This document shows positions 17,204 through 27,093 of a stretch of 59,021 bases of DNA, one piece after another; the first letter of the stretch is position 1, and each line of letters starts with the position of its first letter. Made by a program: the position numbers and the translations under genes. The stretch spans positions 1 through 59,021 of the IMG/VR virus record IMGVR_UViG_3300006329_000017. One strand, 5' to 3'. The DNA is from a virus (taxonomy: Duplodnaviria; Caudoviricetes). The notes beneath the pieces are model-generated. The model was not told the DNA's origin and did not search any database. It saw only the letters and a program-made list of their open reading frames with translations.

Positions 17204-18212
17204 ATCCGAACTCCTTAGCAGCAACTTCATCTAGTGCTTGTAGAACTTCGGGTGTAAAATATTTCTCTGGGTTACTCAAGATTTGTTTAGGATATAGATT
17301 AACTTCTCCCATCTTATATCTGTTACCTATTCTTGTAAACACTCCGTGTTTCTCTCCTAACTCAAGAAGACCATAATACTTATCAAGTCCTCTCTCATCA
17401 TAGAATAGTCTTGATTCTATCTTAGCATTCTCTTTGGTGAACCTAGACTTCTTAGTCTCACATTTGATAATGTTACCGATCACATCCTTACCATCTTTCT
17501 CTTTAGATTTGCTGAGGTATATGATAGTAGATGCTGCATACTTAAGACCACTACCACCACCCATCTCTTTCATAGGTACATAAGCACCCACTACATCATA
17601 GGTATGGTTGGTAACAATCATTGGTACATTTGCTTTACCTAATTTGAGAGTAAGAACTCTGAAGATAGACTTAACAACCTGTGCTCTAGTCATGTCACGA
17701 GTATCTTTACCTGCTTCAGTATCTTCTACCTCTTTACTGGTAGATAACATACCAAGACTATCTAACACAAACATCAATGGTTTACGTTCTTCTTCTTTCT
17801 GTGCCAGATACTTATCAATAATCTTAATTGCTTGCTGACGAAACTCCTGTACAGTTACAACAGGCACAATCATCATACGATTAGAATCGATACCACGACT
17901 CTCAATCATCTCTTTACTTATAGCACTCTCAGACTCAAAATAAATAACCCCACCATCACTATGGTCGTTGAGGAAAGACTGTACAATCCCAAGACAAAAA
18001 TAAGTTTTGCCTGTACTCGACTCACCTGCGAGAGCTGTGATCTTGTTCCCTGGAACTCCACCTTTGATGCTTCCTGAGACAAGAGCGTTAAAGAGGTAAC
18101 TGCCCGTGTCGATAAAATTATTTGTGTCACCAGAAGCGACACCATCACTAACGATACTAGCGTATTCATTACCTATTTCTCCTGCTATGTCCTGTAAAAA
18201 TGAACTTGTCAT
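17193..18212 (-). CDS. uvsX: RecA-like recombinase
   Basis: [28 protein letters not shown]. Confidence 0.96.
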   Translation of the reverse strand: MTSSFLQDIAGEIGNEYASIVSDGVASGDTNNFIDTGSYLFNALVSGSIKGGVPGNKITALAGESSTGKTYFCLGIVQSFLNDHSDGGVIYFESESAISKEMIESRGIDSNRMMIVPVVTVQEFRQQAIKIIDKYLAQKEEERKPLMFVLDSLGMLSTSKEVEDTEAGKDTRDMTRAQVVKSIFRVLTLKLGKANVPMIVTNHTYDVVGAYVPMKEMGGGSGLKYAASTIIYLSKSKEKDGKDVIGNIIKCETKKSRFTKENAKIESRLFYDERGLDKYYGLLELGEKHGVFTRIGNRYKMGEVNLYPKQILSNPEKYFTPEVLQALDEVAAKEFGYGA

Positions 18213-20695
18213 CCGAAAATATGCTCCAATGTAACTTTTTTTTCTGGTGTCCAACCTATTGCATCAAGGATACCCTTAATAGGAGACAAGAAACTCTTGT
18301 CAAATTGTACCTCATAATCCACTGATCCGTCAAGTTCGAACTCGGTTGGAAGAGTCTGGAAGAATGAGATAACATTCTCTCCTATGCGATTAGGTTTACG
18401 AAGGTAAAGGTATTTGATCTTCTCACCCTCTTGGATGAAAGGAAACTTGTTTTGTATCTTATGCTTCTTCACATAATGATTATAAAGTAGAGATCCACGA
18501 ACGTGTATAGGACACCCCTTACCATATATGTCCTTGGTGGATGTAAACTTTTCTATGTTATTGCAACTACGAGGAAATGATATATCCTCCAATGGCATAG
18601 ACTCAAACTTCTTTCTAAACTGTGCAATGAATTTCTGCACATCAGATTCTTGTTTGGTCATGACCAACTCAAGTGCTTCTTTAATAGCACCTCTGCATGG
18701 CATAGGTGTGGAAGACTTAACTGCTTCGATACCCATCATCTTTAGTTTAGGTTCAGCATACTGAACACCCTCACTATTCCATACATTTAAGATGTATCGT
18801 TTCTTGGCAGTCCATATACCTTTGTTGGCAATGTTCTCCCTCTTCATGACCATCTTCTGAGAGTATGCGTTTACATAGGTGGCCAACTCCTCGTAAGAAT
18901 TCTCGATATACTTCTCAAATTCCACGTCACACACCTTCTCAAGGAACCTAAGTGTGCTTTGATCGCTCTTCTCTCTGTTCTGGAATACCTTCTCCACAAG
19001 AGGACCAAGGTGCAAGTAAATGCTATCGGTATCACTAGCAATAACGTAATCATAATCTTCTGTCTTTAATAATTTGTTGAGGTAAGTATTCATCTTATTC
19101 TCTATCCATCTGATAGAGACCTGTCCTGATAATGTGATTGCTTCAGCATTAGCAAGATTGTAATACCTAAAGTATTGGTTACCAATAGCACCATAGGCAG
19201 AGTTAAGTTGGATCTTTCTTGCCATCTGGATGTTATTAAACTTAGAAATATCTTTCCTAAGTTTATCGGAAGGAGAACTTTCATAGTCCTTCTTCGCTTG
19301 TATCATCTTCTTCTTATAGATCGTACGTTCATCGTAGATCCTTTGCATTATTTCTGGAAGAAAACCGTGGATGTCCCTTCTATACTGTGCTCCGTTGGCA
19401 CACACTGCAAAATCTCCAGAGATTTGTACATCTCTAGCGAGCAATCCTTCCACAGATGCGGATGGATGTCTTCTATCCACCAAGGTTTCTGGGCTAATGT
19501 TGTACTGCATGATGAGATGAGGGTACAGACTATTGAGATCAAAACTGACGACCCAATCGTACATACCTGGTTTAGGTTCCTTGACGTAGGCACCTGCGTA
19601 TTGTTCATTCTTACGTTCTCCTCTTTTCGGTGGGACAACAACGTTTCTCTTTTTAAGATCGTTGTATATTAATGTGTCCCACATTCGCACCTGTGAATAC
19701 ACATCAGACAAGTTAACCTTAGCGTCATATGCTAAGGACAATGCTAACTCAATCAGTTTCATCTTGCCTTCCAACTGGTCAACAAGTTCCACGTCATGAA
19801 TATTATATTCTACGAACTTCTGCCAATCATTTGTATAGAATGCTTTAAAGTTCTCATACTCACTGTGATCTAACTTGTTCTCACCTAGTTCGACTTCAGC
19901 AATATGATCCAGACGATAAGATGCTTGTGCTGAATAAGTAAACTTCTGATACAAATCAAGATAGTCAAGGACCGTAACACCTGCAATATCATATGCAAGT
20001 TGCTTACGACCCCTGATAACTATCTCTCGATCCAATACTCTGTTCCACGGAGACAGAGACTTCTTCCACTTCTCACCTAACACACGCTCGACCCTGCGAC
20101 AAATGTATGGAATATCATACAAGTTGCAGTTCCATCCAGTAATGACATCAGGAGTTTCAGAGACCCACCACTGTAGGAAGTCCTCTAGCAACTCTGATTC
20201 CGTATTAAATAACCTGTACTCATGTTCCCCTTGGAACTCACGAGTACCCCAAGTAGTAATCTTCTTGGTGATGAGATTCTTCATCGTAATACAAAGCATC
20301 TCTTCACGACACTCCTCTACAGAAGGGAATCCATTATCACATGCGACCTCGATGTCAATCGTATAGATCTTCATCAGATCCATATCGAAATCAATCTCAT
20401 CAGGAAATTTATCTGCTATGAATTGATATACAAATCTATCATACCCATGCACCTCTAGACCTTCCACATTCTCGTACTTCTCAATGAAAGAACGAGCATC
20501 CCTAGCTCCATCGAACCTTTTGGGATGAGCATACCGACCATCTAGAGTTTTATATTTTGACTTCTTGGTTTGATCCTGAGGTACAAAATATAACAGGGGT
20601 CTGATCTTCTCACGATAAGTGATGGCATCACCATCTTCATACCCTCGGTAAAGGATATCATCACCAAGAAGTAATACGTCTGTATAAAAACCCAT
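18209..20695 (-). CDS. gp43: Family B DNA polymerase
   Basis: DIEV exonuclease motif, [26 protein letters not shown]. Confidence 0.98.
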   Translation of the reverse strand: MGFYTDVLLLGDDILYRGYEDGDAITYREKIRPLLYFVPQDQTKKSKYKTLDGRYAHPKRFDGARDARSFIEKYENVEGLEVHGYDRFVYQFIADKFPDEIDFDMDLMKIYTIDIEVACDNGFPSVEECREEMLCITMKNLITKKITTWGTREFQGEHEYRLFNTESELLEDFLQWWVSETPDVITGWNCNLYDIPYICRRVERVLGEKWKKSLSPWNRVLDREIVIRGRKQLAYDIAGVTVLDYLDLYQKFTYSAQASYRLDHIAEVELGENKLDHSEYENFKAFYTNDWQKFVEYNIHDVELVDQLEGKMKLIELALSLAYDAKVNLSDVYSQVRMWDTLIYNDLKKRNVVVPPKRGERKNEQYAGAYVKEPKPGMYDWVVSFDLNSLYPHLIMQYNISPETLVDRRHPSASVEGLLARDVQISGDFAVCANGAQYRRDIHGFLPEIMQRIYDERTIYKKKMIQAKKDYESSPSDKLRKDISKFNNIQMARKIQLNSAYGAIGNQYFRYYNLANAEAITLSGQVSIRWIENKMNTYLNKLLKTEDYDYVIASDTDSIYLHLGPLVEKVFQNREKSDQSTLRFLEKVCDVEFEKYIENSYEELATYVNAYSQKMVMKRENIANKGIWTAKKRYILNVWNSEGVQYAEPKLKMMGIEAVKSSTPMPCRGAIKEALELVMTKQESDVQKFIAQFRKKFESMPLEDISFPRSCNNIEKFTSTKDIYGKGCPIHVRGSLLYNHYVKKHKIQNKFPFIQEGEKIKYLYLRKPNRIGENVISFFQTLPTEFELDGSVDYEVQFDKSFLSPIKGILDAIGWTPEKKVTLEHIFG

Positions 20696-20934
20696 TAAGT
20701 AAGTGCTCTGTACTTCTCCGCTATTTCAGGAGATGGATCAATTATAGTAAAAACATTGTCACTTGTCAAGAACAAGTCACGTTGATCCGTGTGCAAAGGA
20801 TACTTCTCTAATGCACCGTCCTTAGTAATCATCATGCAATTTTCTATCAGAATGGATGGTTCTTCATCCAACTCTGTCATCATTCCCATCAGGTGTATCA
20901 GGGGGTTTGATTGTAGTATCAGTATCTTTAGCAT
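20695..20934 (-). CDS. Hypothetical protein, 79 aa
   Basis: TAATG coupling to gp43. Confidence 0.7.
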   Translation of the reverse strand: MLKILILQSNPLIHLMGMMTELDEEPSILIENCMMITKDGALEKYPLHTDQRDLFLTSDNVFTIIDPSPEIAEKYRALT

Positions 20935-21244
20935 TTTCTTCTAGTAGTTCATTGTATTTGGACAGAAGGTTGTCATGTGGTTCATATATTAATGCAACCG
21001 AGGGTATCGGTACCATGATGTATGAATGTTTAGAAAGTGGCACATAGGTTTGGAACTCAACGTCCAAGTGATCTAAGTCCATTGACTCTCCTTCTTCTAA
21101 TAGCATCGCTTTGTTAGGTTGTAGCGTAAGTGCATAGGCAAAGTCTAACTTGTAAGCAAGAGGTGTACCATCTTGGTTACGCATCTCCTTAACGTCAGCT
21201 ATAACGTCCTCTCCGTTTTGCATTCTTACGACCCTTACGCTCAT
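20864..21244 (-). CDS. Conserved T4-like Sm-fold-type hypothetical protein
   Basis: VRMQNGEDVIAD N-terminus. Confidence 0.75.
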   Translation of the reverse strand: MSVRVVRMQNGEDVIADVKEMRNQDGTPLAYKLDFAYALTLQPNKAMLLEEGESMDLDHLDVEFQTYVPLSKHSYIMVPIPSVALIYEPHDNLLSKYNELLEENAKDTDTTIKPPDTPDGNDDRVG

Positions 21245-21437
21245 AGTCTTTCTCCATTAGTTGATTAAATGTTGTCTTTACTAAGTCAGTAAAGGATCTT
21301 CTTGCAGAGATATTCTTTTCCTCTGCGAGGATGTGTACCATCTGCATAAACTCTTCAGTATACTCAGGTGGTATGTCCACAGTTAGGGTTTCTGCCTTAT
21401 CATTATACCGATGGCATAGGTTTACATACATGTTCAT
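21195..21437 (-). CDS. Hypothetical protein
   Basis: ORF track; likely start MNMYV. Confidence 0.65.
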   Translation of the reverse strand: MNMYVNLCHRYNDKAETLTVDIPPEYTEEFMQMVHILAEEKNISARRSFTDLVKTTFNQLMEKDYERKGRKNAKRRGRYS

Positions 21438-21453
21438 AGTGTTATTGGCAAAC

Positions 21454-21478
21454 AAAAAGAGACCTCTGGGGTCTCTTT
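21454..21478 (-). terminator. Rho-independent terminator
   Basis: AAAGAGACC-CCAGA-GGTCTCTTT-TTG. Confidence 0.7.
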
Positions 21479-21500
21479 AGTTGTACATTATATATGTACG

Positions 21501-21752
21501 TTATTCAGATACAATTTTCAGTCCACCAGAAAGTTTTGCTTCCAGTTTATGAAGATGTTCTAGCACATGGTCTAATTTAGTACTGAGTTCAGCAACAGAG
21601 TCAATAATCTGAACGTGTTGTGGATCTGAATACTCAACATTAAATACACTTCCATCACTTCCCTCTGGATATGATGTAACTGTTACACCTGCTGTAGTAG
21701 GAACAGGTGTCGGCTTAGGATCTATCTGTAAATCAATGTCTGACGCTTTCAT
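21501..21752 (-). CDS. Hypothetical protein, 83 aa
   Basis: Has its own sigma70 promoter; C-terminal coiled coil. Confidence 0.7.
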   Translation of the reverse strand: MKASDIDLQIDPKPTPVPTTAGVTVTSYPEGSDGSVFNVEYSDPQHVQIIDSVAELSTKLDHVLEHLHKLEAKLSGGLKIVSE

Positions 21753-21774
21753 TTGTTTCTCTCTACTAGGGTTT

Positions 21775-21803
21775 ATGTTAACACATTATTATGTAGGTGT
21801 CAA
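21775..21803 (-). promoter_or_regulatory. sigma70-type promoter TTGACA-N17-TAACAT
   Basis: -35 at 21803-21798, -10 at 21780-21775. Confidence 0.6.
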
Positions 21804-21976
21804 TAATCATCATCATTCGTATGTGATTCTACCCATTCAGCGTTGTTTCTACAGTACGCATCAGCATCTATTTTCATGTGCAGGTGTGCACCTGTATGAA
21901 TACCCTCTATCATTGCTACCATGCCAAGAACCATGACTGGTAGCATCCATAGAGGGTGACTCATTATCTTACCCAT
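21800..21976 (-). CDS. Small membrane protein, 58 aa (below track cutoff)
   Basis: MGKIMSHPLWMLPVMVLGMVAMIEGIHTGAHLHMKIDADAYCRNNAEWVESHTNDDDY. Confidence 0.65.
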   Translation of the reverse strand: MGKIMSHPLWMLPVMVLGMVAMIEGIHTGAHLHMKIDADAYCRNNAEWVESHTNDDDY

Positions 21977-22001
21977 AGGGAAGAAATATAACTGTCTCTA
22001 T

Positions 22002-22433
22002 TTAGAGATAGTCTTTACGAGCATGATGTTCTGGAACGATCTTTCCTAACAATACGTTAAGTAATCCGTTATCAAAGTCAACATGTTTGATCTCTACATC
22101 TTCAGACATCTGCCACATTCTAGTGAAAGATCTCTTGGCAAGACCACGATGCATGAATTCTCCCTCTTCCTTCTTATCTTCTATCTCTGCTGTCACATAG
22201 AGTTTACCATACTCTGTGTAGACTTTAACTTCTTCCTTTTTAAATCCTGCTAGTGCTACTTCTAATCTACTTTCGTGATTACTTAGATGGATTAGGTTAT
22301 AGGGTGGGTAGTTACTGTTCTCATTGTAGGAAAAGAACTGATCGAAGTAACTGTCGAGTCCTATACCATACTTATTGATCTTATCCATCAAGGCAGGTAG
22401 ATCAGCTGCACGATATCTTGCTAAATTTGTCAT
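22002..22433 (-). CDS. hsp20: Small heat-shock protein (IbpA/Hsp20)
   Basis: NYPPYNLI, LEVALAGF, HRGLAKRSF, NGLL; AAGGAG RBS before the ATG at 22433. Confidence 0.95.
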   Translation of the reverse strand: MTNLARYRAADLPALMDKINKYGIGLDSYFDQFFSYNENSNYPPYNLIHLSNHESRLEVALAGFKKEEVKVYTEYGKLYVTAEIEDKKEEGEFMHRGLAKRSFTRMWQMSEDVEIKHVDFDNGLLNVLLGKIVPEHHARKDYL

Positions 22434-22439
22434 AATAGT

Positions 22440-22497
22440 CTCCTTTGTAAGCGAGTTGTTTGATTGTGGATCCTTTCGGCATCCATATGTATTTATA
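22440..22497 (-). promoter_or_regulatory. Late promoter TATAAATA plus ROSE-like two-hairpin leader of hsp20
   Basis: Hairpin 1 TGGAT(G)CC-GAAA-GGATCCA; hairpin 2 CTC(G)CTT-ACA-AAGGAG sequesters the SD. Confidence 0.65.
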
Positions 22498-22561
22498 GCA
22501 CACTTCTTACCCACTAGCAGTAGTGCTATCCGTATAAGTACCTGGTGAACATAATTTTTTT

Positions 22562-22569
22562 GATAAATA
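22562..22569 (+). promoter_or_regulatory. Late promoter GATAAATA for the + strand operon
   Basis: 33 nt upstream of the 22603 ATG; divergent from the hsp20 promoter. Confidence 0.6.
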
Positions 22570-22602
22570 GAGCTAGTAATCCTACAACTAAAACGGAGAA
22601 CA

Positions 22603-23115
22603 ATGAAGAAATTAATTTTACTTCTTGGTATGGGGATGCTGTTACCAACTGCTGCGAATGCAGATCTAGTTCATAGATTGACGACCAGTACACAGTTAAC
22701 TGTAGACGGGGCAGCAACACAGAGTACAAGAATAGGTAGTACTTACAGTGTAAGTGGTAACAACATCAAAGTGGCATCATCAGACGATCACTTCGGTAAG
22801 TTAGTAACACCAAGTGGTACTGCTGCTGCAACACTTGACGCAGGTACATACGATATTAATACTGCAGGCTCAGCTTTCAGCTTTAGTGAAAGTTTCGTCG
22901 CAGGTGACGCTGTAAATACTATCGGTAGTGGTGTAGACGTGACCAGTGGTGTTGTCGCAGACATGCCAGCTTTCGGTATCACAACTACTCAAAGTGGCGG
23001 TGTCGCAGGAACCCTTGCAGGAACTATAACCTCAGCAGGTTTGATGACAATAACAGCTGGTGGAGCTGGCACTACAGCTACGGGTCAATTCGTATCTGAA
23101 CTTACCATAAATTAG
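22603..23115 (+). CDS. Secreted beta-strand-rich protein
   Basis: Sec signal MKKLILLLGMGMLLPTAANA; G/T/S/A-rich; GGAG RBS. Confidence 0.85.
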   Translation: MKKLILLLGMGMLLPTAANADLVHRLTTSTQLTVDGAATQSTRIGSTYSVSGNNIKVASSDDHFGKLVTPSGTAAATLDAGTYDINTAGSAFSFSESFVAGDAVNTIGSGVDVTSGVVADMPAFGITTTQSGGVAGTLAGTITSAGLMTITAGGAGTTATGQFVSELTIN

Positions 23116-23126
23116 GGATATATATA

Positions 23127-23579
23127 ATGAAGAAGGTAGTATTAGCTAGTCTTACTATCATGTCACTAGGTACCCCAGTGATGGCGGTGCCCGTGGTCCC
23201 CAATTTTACCCAAGGCTCCATGACTAGCCACACCGAGACAACTTCTACGGTGACGGAGACCATAAATTCTATAGATTATAATACAGGATGGCAATATTCA
23301 GTGACAGGGACAGGGGTTTCCCACAATGGCGACAGCATCTTACCAGATGGAGTGACAACATCAGGAAGCATAGACCTTCTTGGAACGTCAGGAACGACAC
23401 CCCAAACTACACATGGTCTGGATCTCTCAACACTAGGAGACTATACCATAACGACACCAGGAGCTGCCTTCCAACTCACAAATACATATCAAGGACCAGG
23501 GATCTCCAACCAGACCGTGATCCAAAGAGAAACCACCGTAACAAGCGTCACAGATACAACAAGTATCTTCTCCCAGTAA
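23127..23579 (+). CDS. Secreted Thr-rich beta protein, paralog-like of 22603
   Basis: Signal MKKVVLASLTIMSLGTPVMA; shares YSV(S/T)G and Y.I.T.G.AF motifs. Confidence 0.85.
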   Translation: MKKVVLASLTIMSLGTPVMAVPVVPNFTQGSMTSHTETTSTVTETINSIDYNTGWQYSVTGTGVSHNGDSILPDGVTTSGSIDLLGTSGTTPQTTHGLDLSTLGDYTITTPGAAFQLTNTYQGPGISNQTVIQRETTVTSVTDTTSIFSQ

Positions 23580-24436
23580 TAGCAGCACTTACATGTTCTC
23601 CTGCTGCTATGGCTACAGACGTAGGTGGTGTTTCTGCGACTGCCAATCCAATCGCCAACTCTTCAGGCTCAGTCACCAACCAGGCAATACAAGTTTTACA
23701 AGGTCCATATATTAACAACCAGTATGGTGGTGGTATATCATGTCAAGGACCTACCCTCAATATTACTCCATTCGTCACTGGGGCGTTATCTGAACAGCAT
23801 CCTTATGAATCGTACTATAATGACCCTGTATACAACAACGCTGATAATGATGATGACGGTATTCCCGATAATCCAGGTGAAGTTCTTTACTACATTCCAA
23901 CAAGAACTGGTCAGAAAAACAATACCAACCTATCCTTGGGTATCAGTGCGACAGTTTCTATACCCCTAGACAGACAACTGCAGCAGGGTTGTAAGAACGC
24001 CTTTAATACACAGATAGCCTTACAACAACAAGTCTTGGCTAATAAGCGGTTAGACTTTGAGATCGCAAGGCTAAAGAACTGTGGTGAATTGATGCAGCGA
24101 GGCATATCGTTCGCACCAGGTACACAATATGCTAAGGTCTGTGCTGATGTAGTTGTAGCTAACCATACTATAGTAGGTAATGAACATAAGGATGGTCACA
24201 CCCACTCAATACCACAGCAGTTCCTCAACTGGGAACCTAAGCAGACATCTGTAGTGGAAATAGATAAGGACGGTAACAAGCAATTAAAGCAAGTTACATT
24301 TGAGATCAAGACTAATGGTACCGAAGTATCTACATTCTCATACGATGCTAACGGGAACGCTACGTTGATCAAACGGGAGAACCTCGGACCAAACGAGAAC
24401 TTCCAACTAGAGAATAAAGACAAACCAGAGAAATGA
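23288..24436 (+). CDS. Putative envelope/outer-membrane protein (start uncertain)
   Basis: Signal-like KYLLPVIAALTCSPAAMA; amphipathic strand LSLGISATVSIPL followed by a long helix; four Cys in the mature region. Confidence 0.75.
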   Translation: MAIFSDRDRGFPQWRQHLTRWSDNIRKHRPSWNVRNDTPNYTWSGSLNTRRLYHNDTRSCLPTHKYISRTRDLQPDRDPKRNHRNKRHRYNKYLLPVIAALTCSPAAMATDVGGVSATANPIANSSGSVTNQAIQVLQGPYINNQYGGGISCQGPTLNITPFVTGALSEQHPYESYYNDPVYNNADNDDDGIPDNPGEVLYYIPTRTGQKNNTNLSLGISATVSIPLDRQLQQGCKNAFNTQIALQQQVLANKRLDFEIARLKNCGELMQRGISFAPGTQYAKVCADVVVANHTIVGNEHKDGHTHSIPQQFLNWEPKQTSVVEIDKDGNKQLKQVTFEIKTNGTEVSTFSYDANGNATLIKRENLGPNENFQLENKDKPEK

Positions 24437-24870
24437 TTAAAGATCTAATTAACAACACAGACACCCTCCTCTCACGGAGGGTTAATAATTGCTCATACAA
24501 CTTAGATAGATCTGAGTTAGCACAGACATTGGTAGAGAGTATGCTACACCATAGAGGTGTAGGTCTGTCTGCTAATCAGATTGGTATAGAAGAGAGAGCA
24601 TTCGCTATGGTATCTGACATAGAGACCATGCAAGTTATTGTGGTGTTTAATCCTAAGATTATTAAAGAGTATGATAGAAAAGAAATGATGGAAGAAGGAT
24701 GTCTATCCTATCCAGAGACATTCTTAAAGATAGAAAGACCATGGGGTATCGTGGTCAAGTTCGAGGACGAATATAAGAGAGTACATAAAGTTAAGATGGA
24801 AGGACTGATGGCAAGAATATTTCAGCACGAATACGATCACATGGAGGGAATTAACTTTACCCAGAAATAA
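24433..24870 (+). CDS. def: Peptide deformylase (short phage type)
   Basis: GVGLSANQ, EGCLS, HEYDH; lacks the C-terminal ribosome-binding helix. Confidence 0.96.
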   Translation: MIKDLINNTDTLLSRRVNNCSYNLDRSELAQTLVESMLHHRGVGLSANQIGIEERAFAMVSDIETMQVIVVFNPKIIKEYDRKEMMEEGCLSYPETFLKIERPWGIVVKFEDEYKRVHKVKMEGLMARIFQHEYDHMEGINFTQK

Positions 24871-24898
24871 AAAAAGACCCCCTAAGGGGTCTTTATTA
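24869..24898. terminator. Bidirectional terminator between convergent genes
   Basis: AAAAAAGACCCC-CTAA-GGGGTCTTT. Confidence 0.8.
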
Positions 24899-24906
24899 TT
24901 TTAAAT

Positions 24907-25068
24907 CTATCTCAGGAGATCCGAACATATTTTCCTACAACTGTTCGTTGTGCTATCGCAGTCAATTAGACATTCGAAGTAGTCGTCTATTAGGTCGTCT
25001 GTAGAATTGTACAGGGGTAGCGTCTCAACATGATTCCATTGTGCTAATTGATTATGAGATACTCTCAT
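24907..25068 (-). CDS. Small Cys-containing protein, 53 aa
   Basis: AGGAGG RBS; YFECLIDC...CRKIC pattern seen in picocyanobacterial and cyanophage small proteins. Confidence 0.75.
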   Translation of the reverse strand: MRVSHNQLAQWNHVETLPLYNSTDDLIDDYFECLIDCDSTTNSCRKICSDLLR

Positions 25069-25195
25069 GGTCTTTCCTCCTATCTTTAAACCCATAATAT
25101 AGAGGGGTTTCAGTGCATCTTGTTGCTCCGTGTGTAGGTTTCCCTGACTGCCATTATTTATGCAGCAAACACCATTTTGTCACAAAAATTTATGC

Positions 25196-25999
25196 CTAGT
25201 CCTTTTTCTTTTTCTGTTTCTTAAGAGGGGGTAAACCTTTCTTTTCTCTATATTCATTTGCTTTGATCTCCCACCTATTAATATGAGGAGGAGTCCTTCC
25301 TAGTATTGCATTGACCTTAGCAACTCCTTTCTTAGCCAGTGGTTTAAATACTTTCATCAAAGCATCGGCAAGAGGTTTTGCTAACAACGCTGACGCTGCT
25401 GCAGTAGTAGCAATTGCTGCTGTAGTTGTGACCACAGAGAGTTCTGGAACATACTCACTAAAAACAATTGGTTCAGGAGGTTGTTCTATAATTTGTTCTG
25501 TTGGTGGTTCTACTTTCTCTACACATTGCTGAGTAATAGGATCCCTGACCTTAGGTCTAACACAAGGGGTCTCTGGTACCTCTGGTGGAGGTGGCATTGG
25601 TGGAGGTTCTATCTTAAAGTCTGGTTTATATTCTTCTTGCTGAAATTCTAATTCATCTGAAACATAATCTATAGGATTAAATGATGGTGTACCTGCGTCA
25701 CAGAATGTCTGTACACCTTTAGGATCATCCTCCATTAGTTCATCATTCTTTCCTTTGTTATCCTTGTGTGCTTCCACACAACCAGGTATATTAACAATAG
25801 GTTTACCTAGTTCAGTAACAACTGGAACTGTAACATTTCTGACAACAGGTGGGTTATTATTCTGTACCTGTATCTCTCCATTAAAAGACCCCCTGATCTC
25901 TATCACTGGGATATCGACCTGTACATTGGGTACATTAGGGGGTTGTATTGTATTAATCTCCTGTACCCTTACAAATATATCATGTATAGGGTCAGACAT
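25196..25999 (-). CDS. Pro-rich membrane-anchored protein
   Basis: PGCVEAH...FCDAG; PPPMPPPPE linker; C-terminal TM (TTTAAIATTAAASALLA) and a basic tail. Confidence 0.8.
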   Translation of the reverse strand: MSDPIHDIFVRVQEINTIQPPNVPNVQVDIPVIEIRGSFNGEIQVQNNNPPVVRNVTVPVVTELGKPIVNIPGCVEAHKDNKGKNDELMEDDPKGVQTFCDAGTPSFNPIDYVSDELEFQQEEYKPDFKIEPPPMPPPPEVPETPCVRPKVRDPITQQCVEKVEPPTEQIIEQPPEPIVFSEYVPELSVVTTTAAIATTAAASALLAKPLADALMKVFKPLAKKGVAKVNAILGRTPPHINRWEIKANEYREKKGLPPLKKQKKKKD

Positions 26000-26239
26000 T
26001 TATGGTATAGGGTTACTAGGTGCAGGTAATGCTGGTCCTGTGGTAGGGGGAACTGAAGGTACAGCAGGTAATGCTGTCTTAACTAAACCTGGTAATGCCT
26101 TTTGTAATTCTTCGGCAACTCTTACTTTAGTTGCTTCCACAATAGCATCTTTTCTGATGAATACATATCCACCAAGACCAACTACACCAAGTGCTACAGC
26201 ACCTGAGAAGATGGCAATTCCATTAATAATTTTTTGCAT
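26000..26239 (-). CDS. Small N-terminal-TM, Pro-tailed protein
   Basis: IINGIAIFSGAVALGVVGLGGYVFI; LPAVPSVPPTTGPALP. Confidence 0.8.
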   Translation of the reverse strand: MQKIINGIAIFSGAVALGVVGLGGYVFIRKDAIVEATKVRVAEELQKALPGLVKTALPAVPSVPPTTGPALPAPSNPIP

Positions 26240-26242
26240 GAT

Positions 26243-26467
26243 CTAATCCTCGTTGTCATGTTCTTGTGAGTATATAGGAGGTCCTAGAGTCTTGTACTCT
26301 AACTGTTCCCTAAGAAACGTTATCTCTGCTTTTAGTTCATCAATCTTCTTGATGTTTATGTCGATCTCCTCTTGGTAGATGTGAATCATACTTTCCAGTC
26401 GTTCGTTTTCAGAAATTAGTTCGTGATATGGTCTAATATCATTATAATCCATGTACAATAGTAACAT
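26243..26467 (-). CDS. Small coiled-coil protein
   Basis: Heptad pattern; CATAAATA just upstream. Confidence 0.65.
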   Translation of the reverse strand: MLLLYMDYNDIRPYHELISENERLESMIHIYQEEIDINIKKIDELKAEITFLREQLEYKTLGPPIYSQEHDNED

Positions 26468-26477
26468 GAACTATTAT

Positions 26478-27089
26478 TTATGGCAAGGGTTCCTCGCAAG
26501 CATCGTTAAGTCCTGAAACCATGTTACCACCGATCTCAGCACCTTGGTTACCACCAAACATTGCAACCCAACCTGCAGCTAACCATCCTACGAATGGTAT
26601 ACCTGATACAGCAGGAGCAGCAGCAGCACCAACGCTAGTTCCGACAAGTCTTCCTGTCTGTTTTCCACCACCTACCGCCTCGATGCACTCGACGGTCTTG
26701 GCAGTTAACTTTCCCACAGCACCACCTGCAGCACCTTCTACGATAGTAGATGGATCTTGCCATGATCTATGGTTAGAAACTGGACCTCCCTGATTGGTCT
26801 GTCCATCCATGACATACTCCTCAACAATCTGAGTTGTATTGTTTGCTAGTCCTAAGAAACCACCCTTTCTCTTGATGTCCTTAGTGATATGCATTGTCTT
26901 AGGATCGTTAGCAGTGTAACTAATCTTATATCCATCTTCTGATGCTGAGACAACATAGGAAGTATAGTCACCCACTGGTGGGTTGATATATGGTACCTTA
27001 CTATTTTGTCTAGTTGCTAGTAAACCTATCATTCCGATATGTGATATACCAAAGACGGTTCCTAAACTAATTCCAATCCACTTGTTCAT
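26478..27089 (-). CDS. Membrane protein with C-terminal glycine zipper
   Basis: N-terminal TM; GxxxG repeats GRLVGTSVG...FGGNQGAEIGG. Confidence 0.8.
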   Translation of the reverse strand: MNKWIGISLGTVFGISHIGMIGLLATRQNSKVPYINPPVGDYTSYVVSASEDGYKISYTANDPKTMHITKDIKRKGGFLGLANNTTQIVEEYVMDGQTNQGGPVSNHRSWQDPSTIVEGAAGGAVGKLTAKTVECIEAVGGGKQTGRLVGTSVGAAAAPAVSGIPFVGWLAAGWVAMFGGNQGAEIGGNMVSGLNDACEEPLP

Positions 27090-27093
27090 TGTC

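Noticed and set aside
23313-23322. GGGGTTTCCC as a -1 slippery site
   Set aside because: Its phase in the 23127 frame (ACA GGG GTT TCC) does not fit X XXY YYZ.
24907-25068. CP12 assignment for the four-Cys small protein
   Set aside because: Lacks the AWD.VEEL core and the C-terminal C...P...EC..Y(D/E) pattern of CP12.
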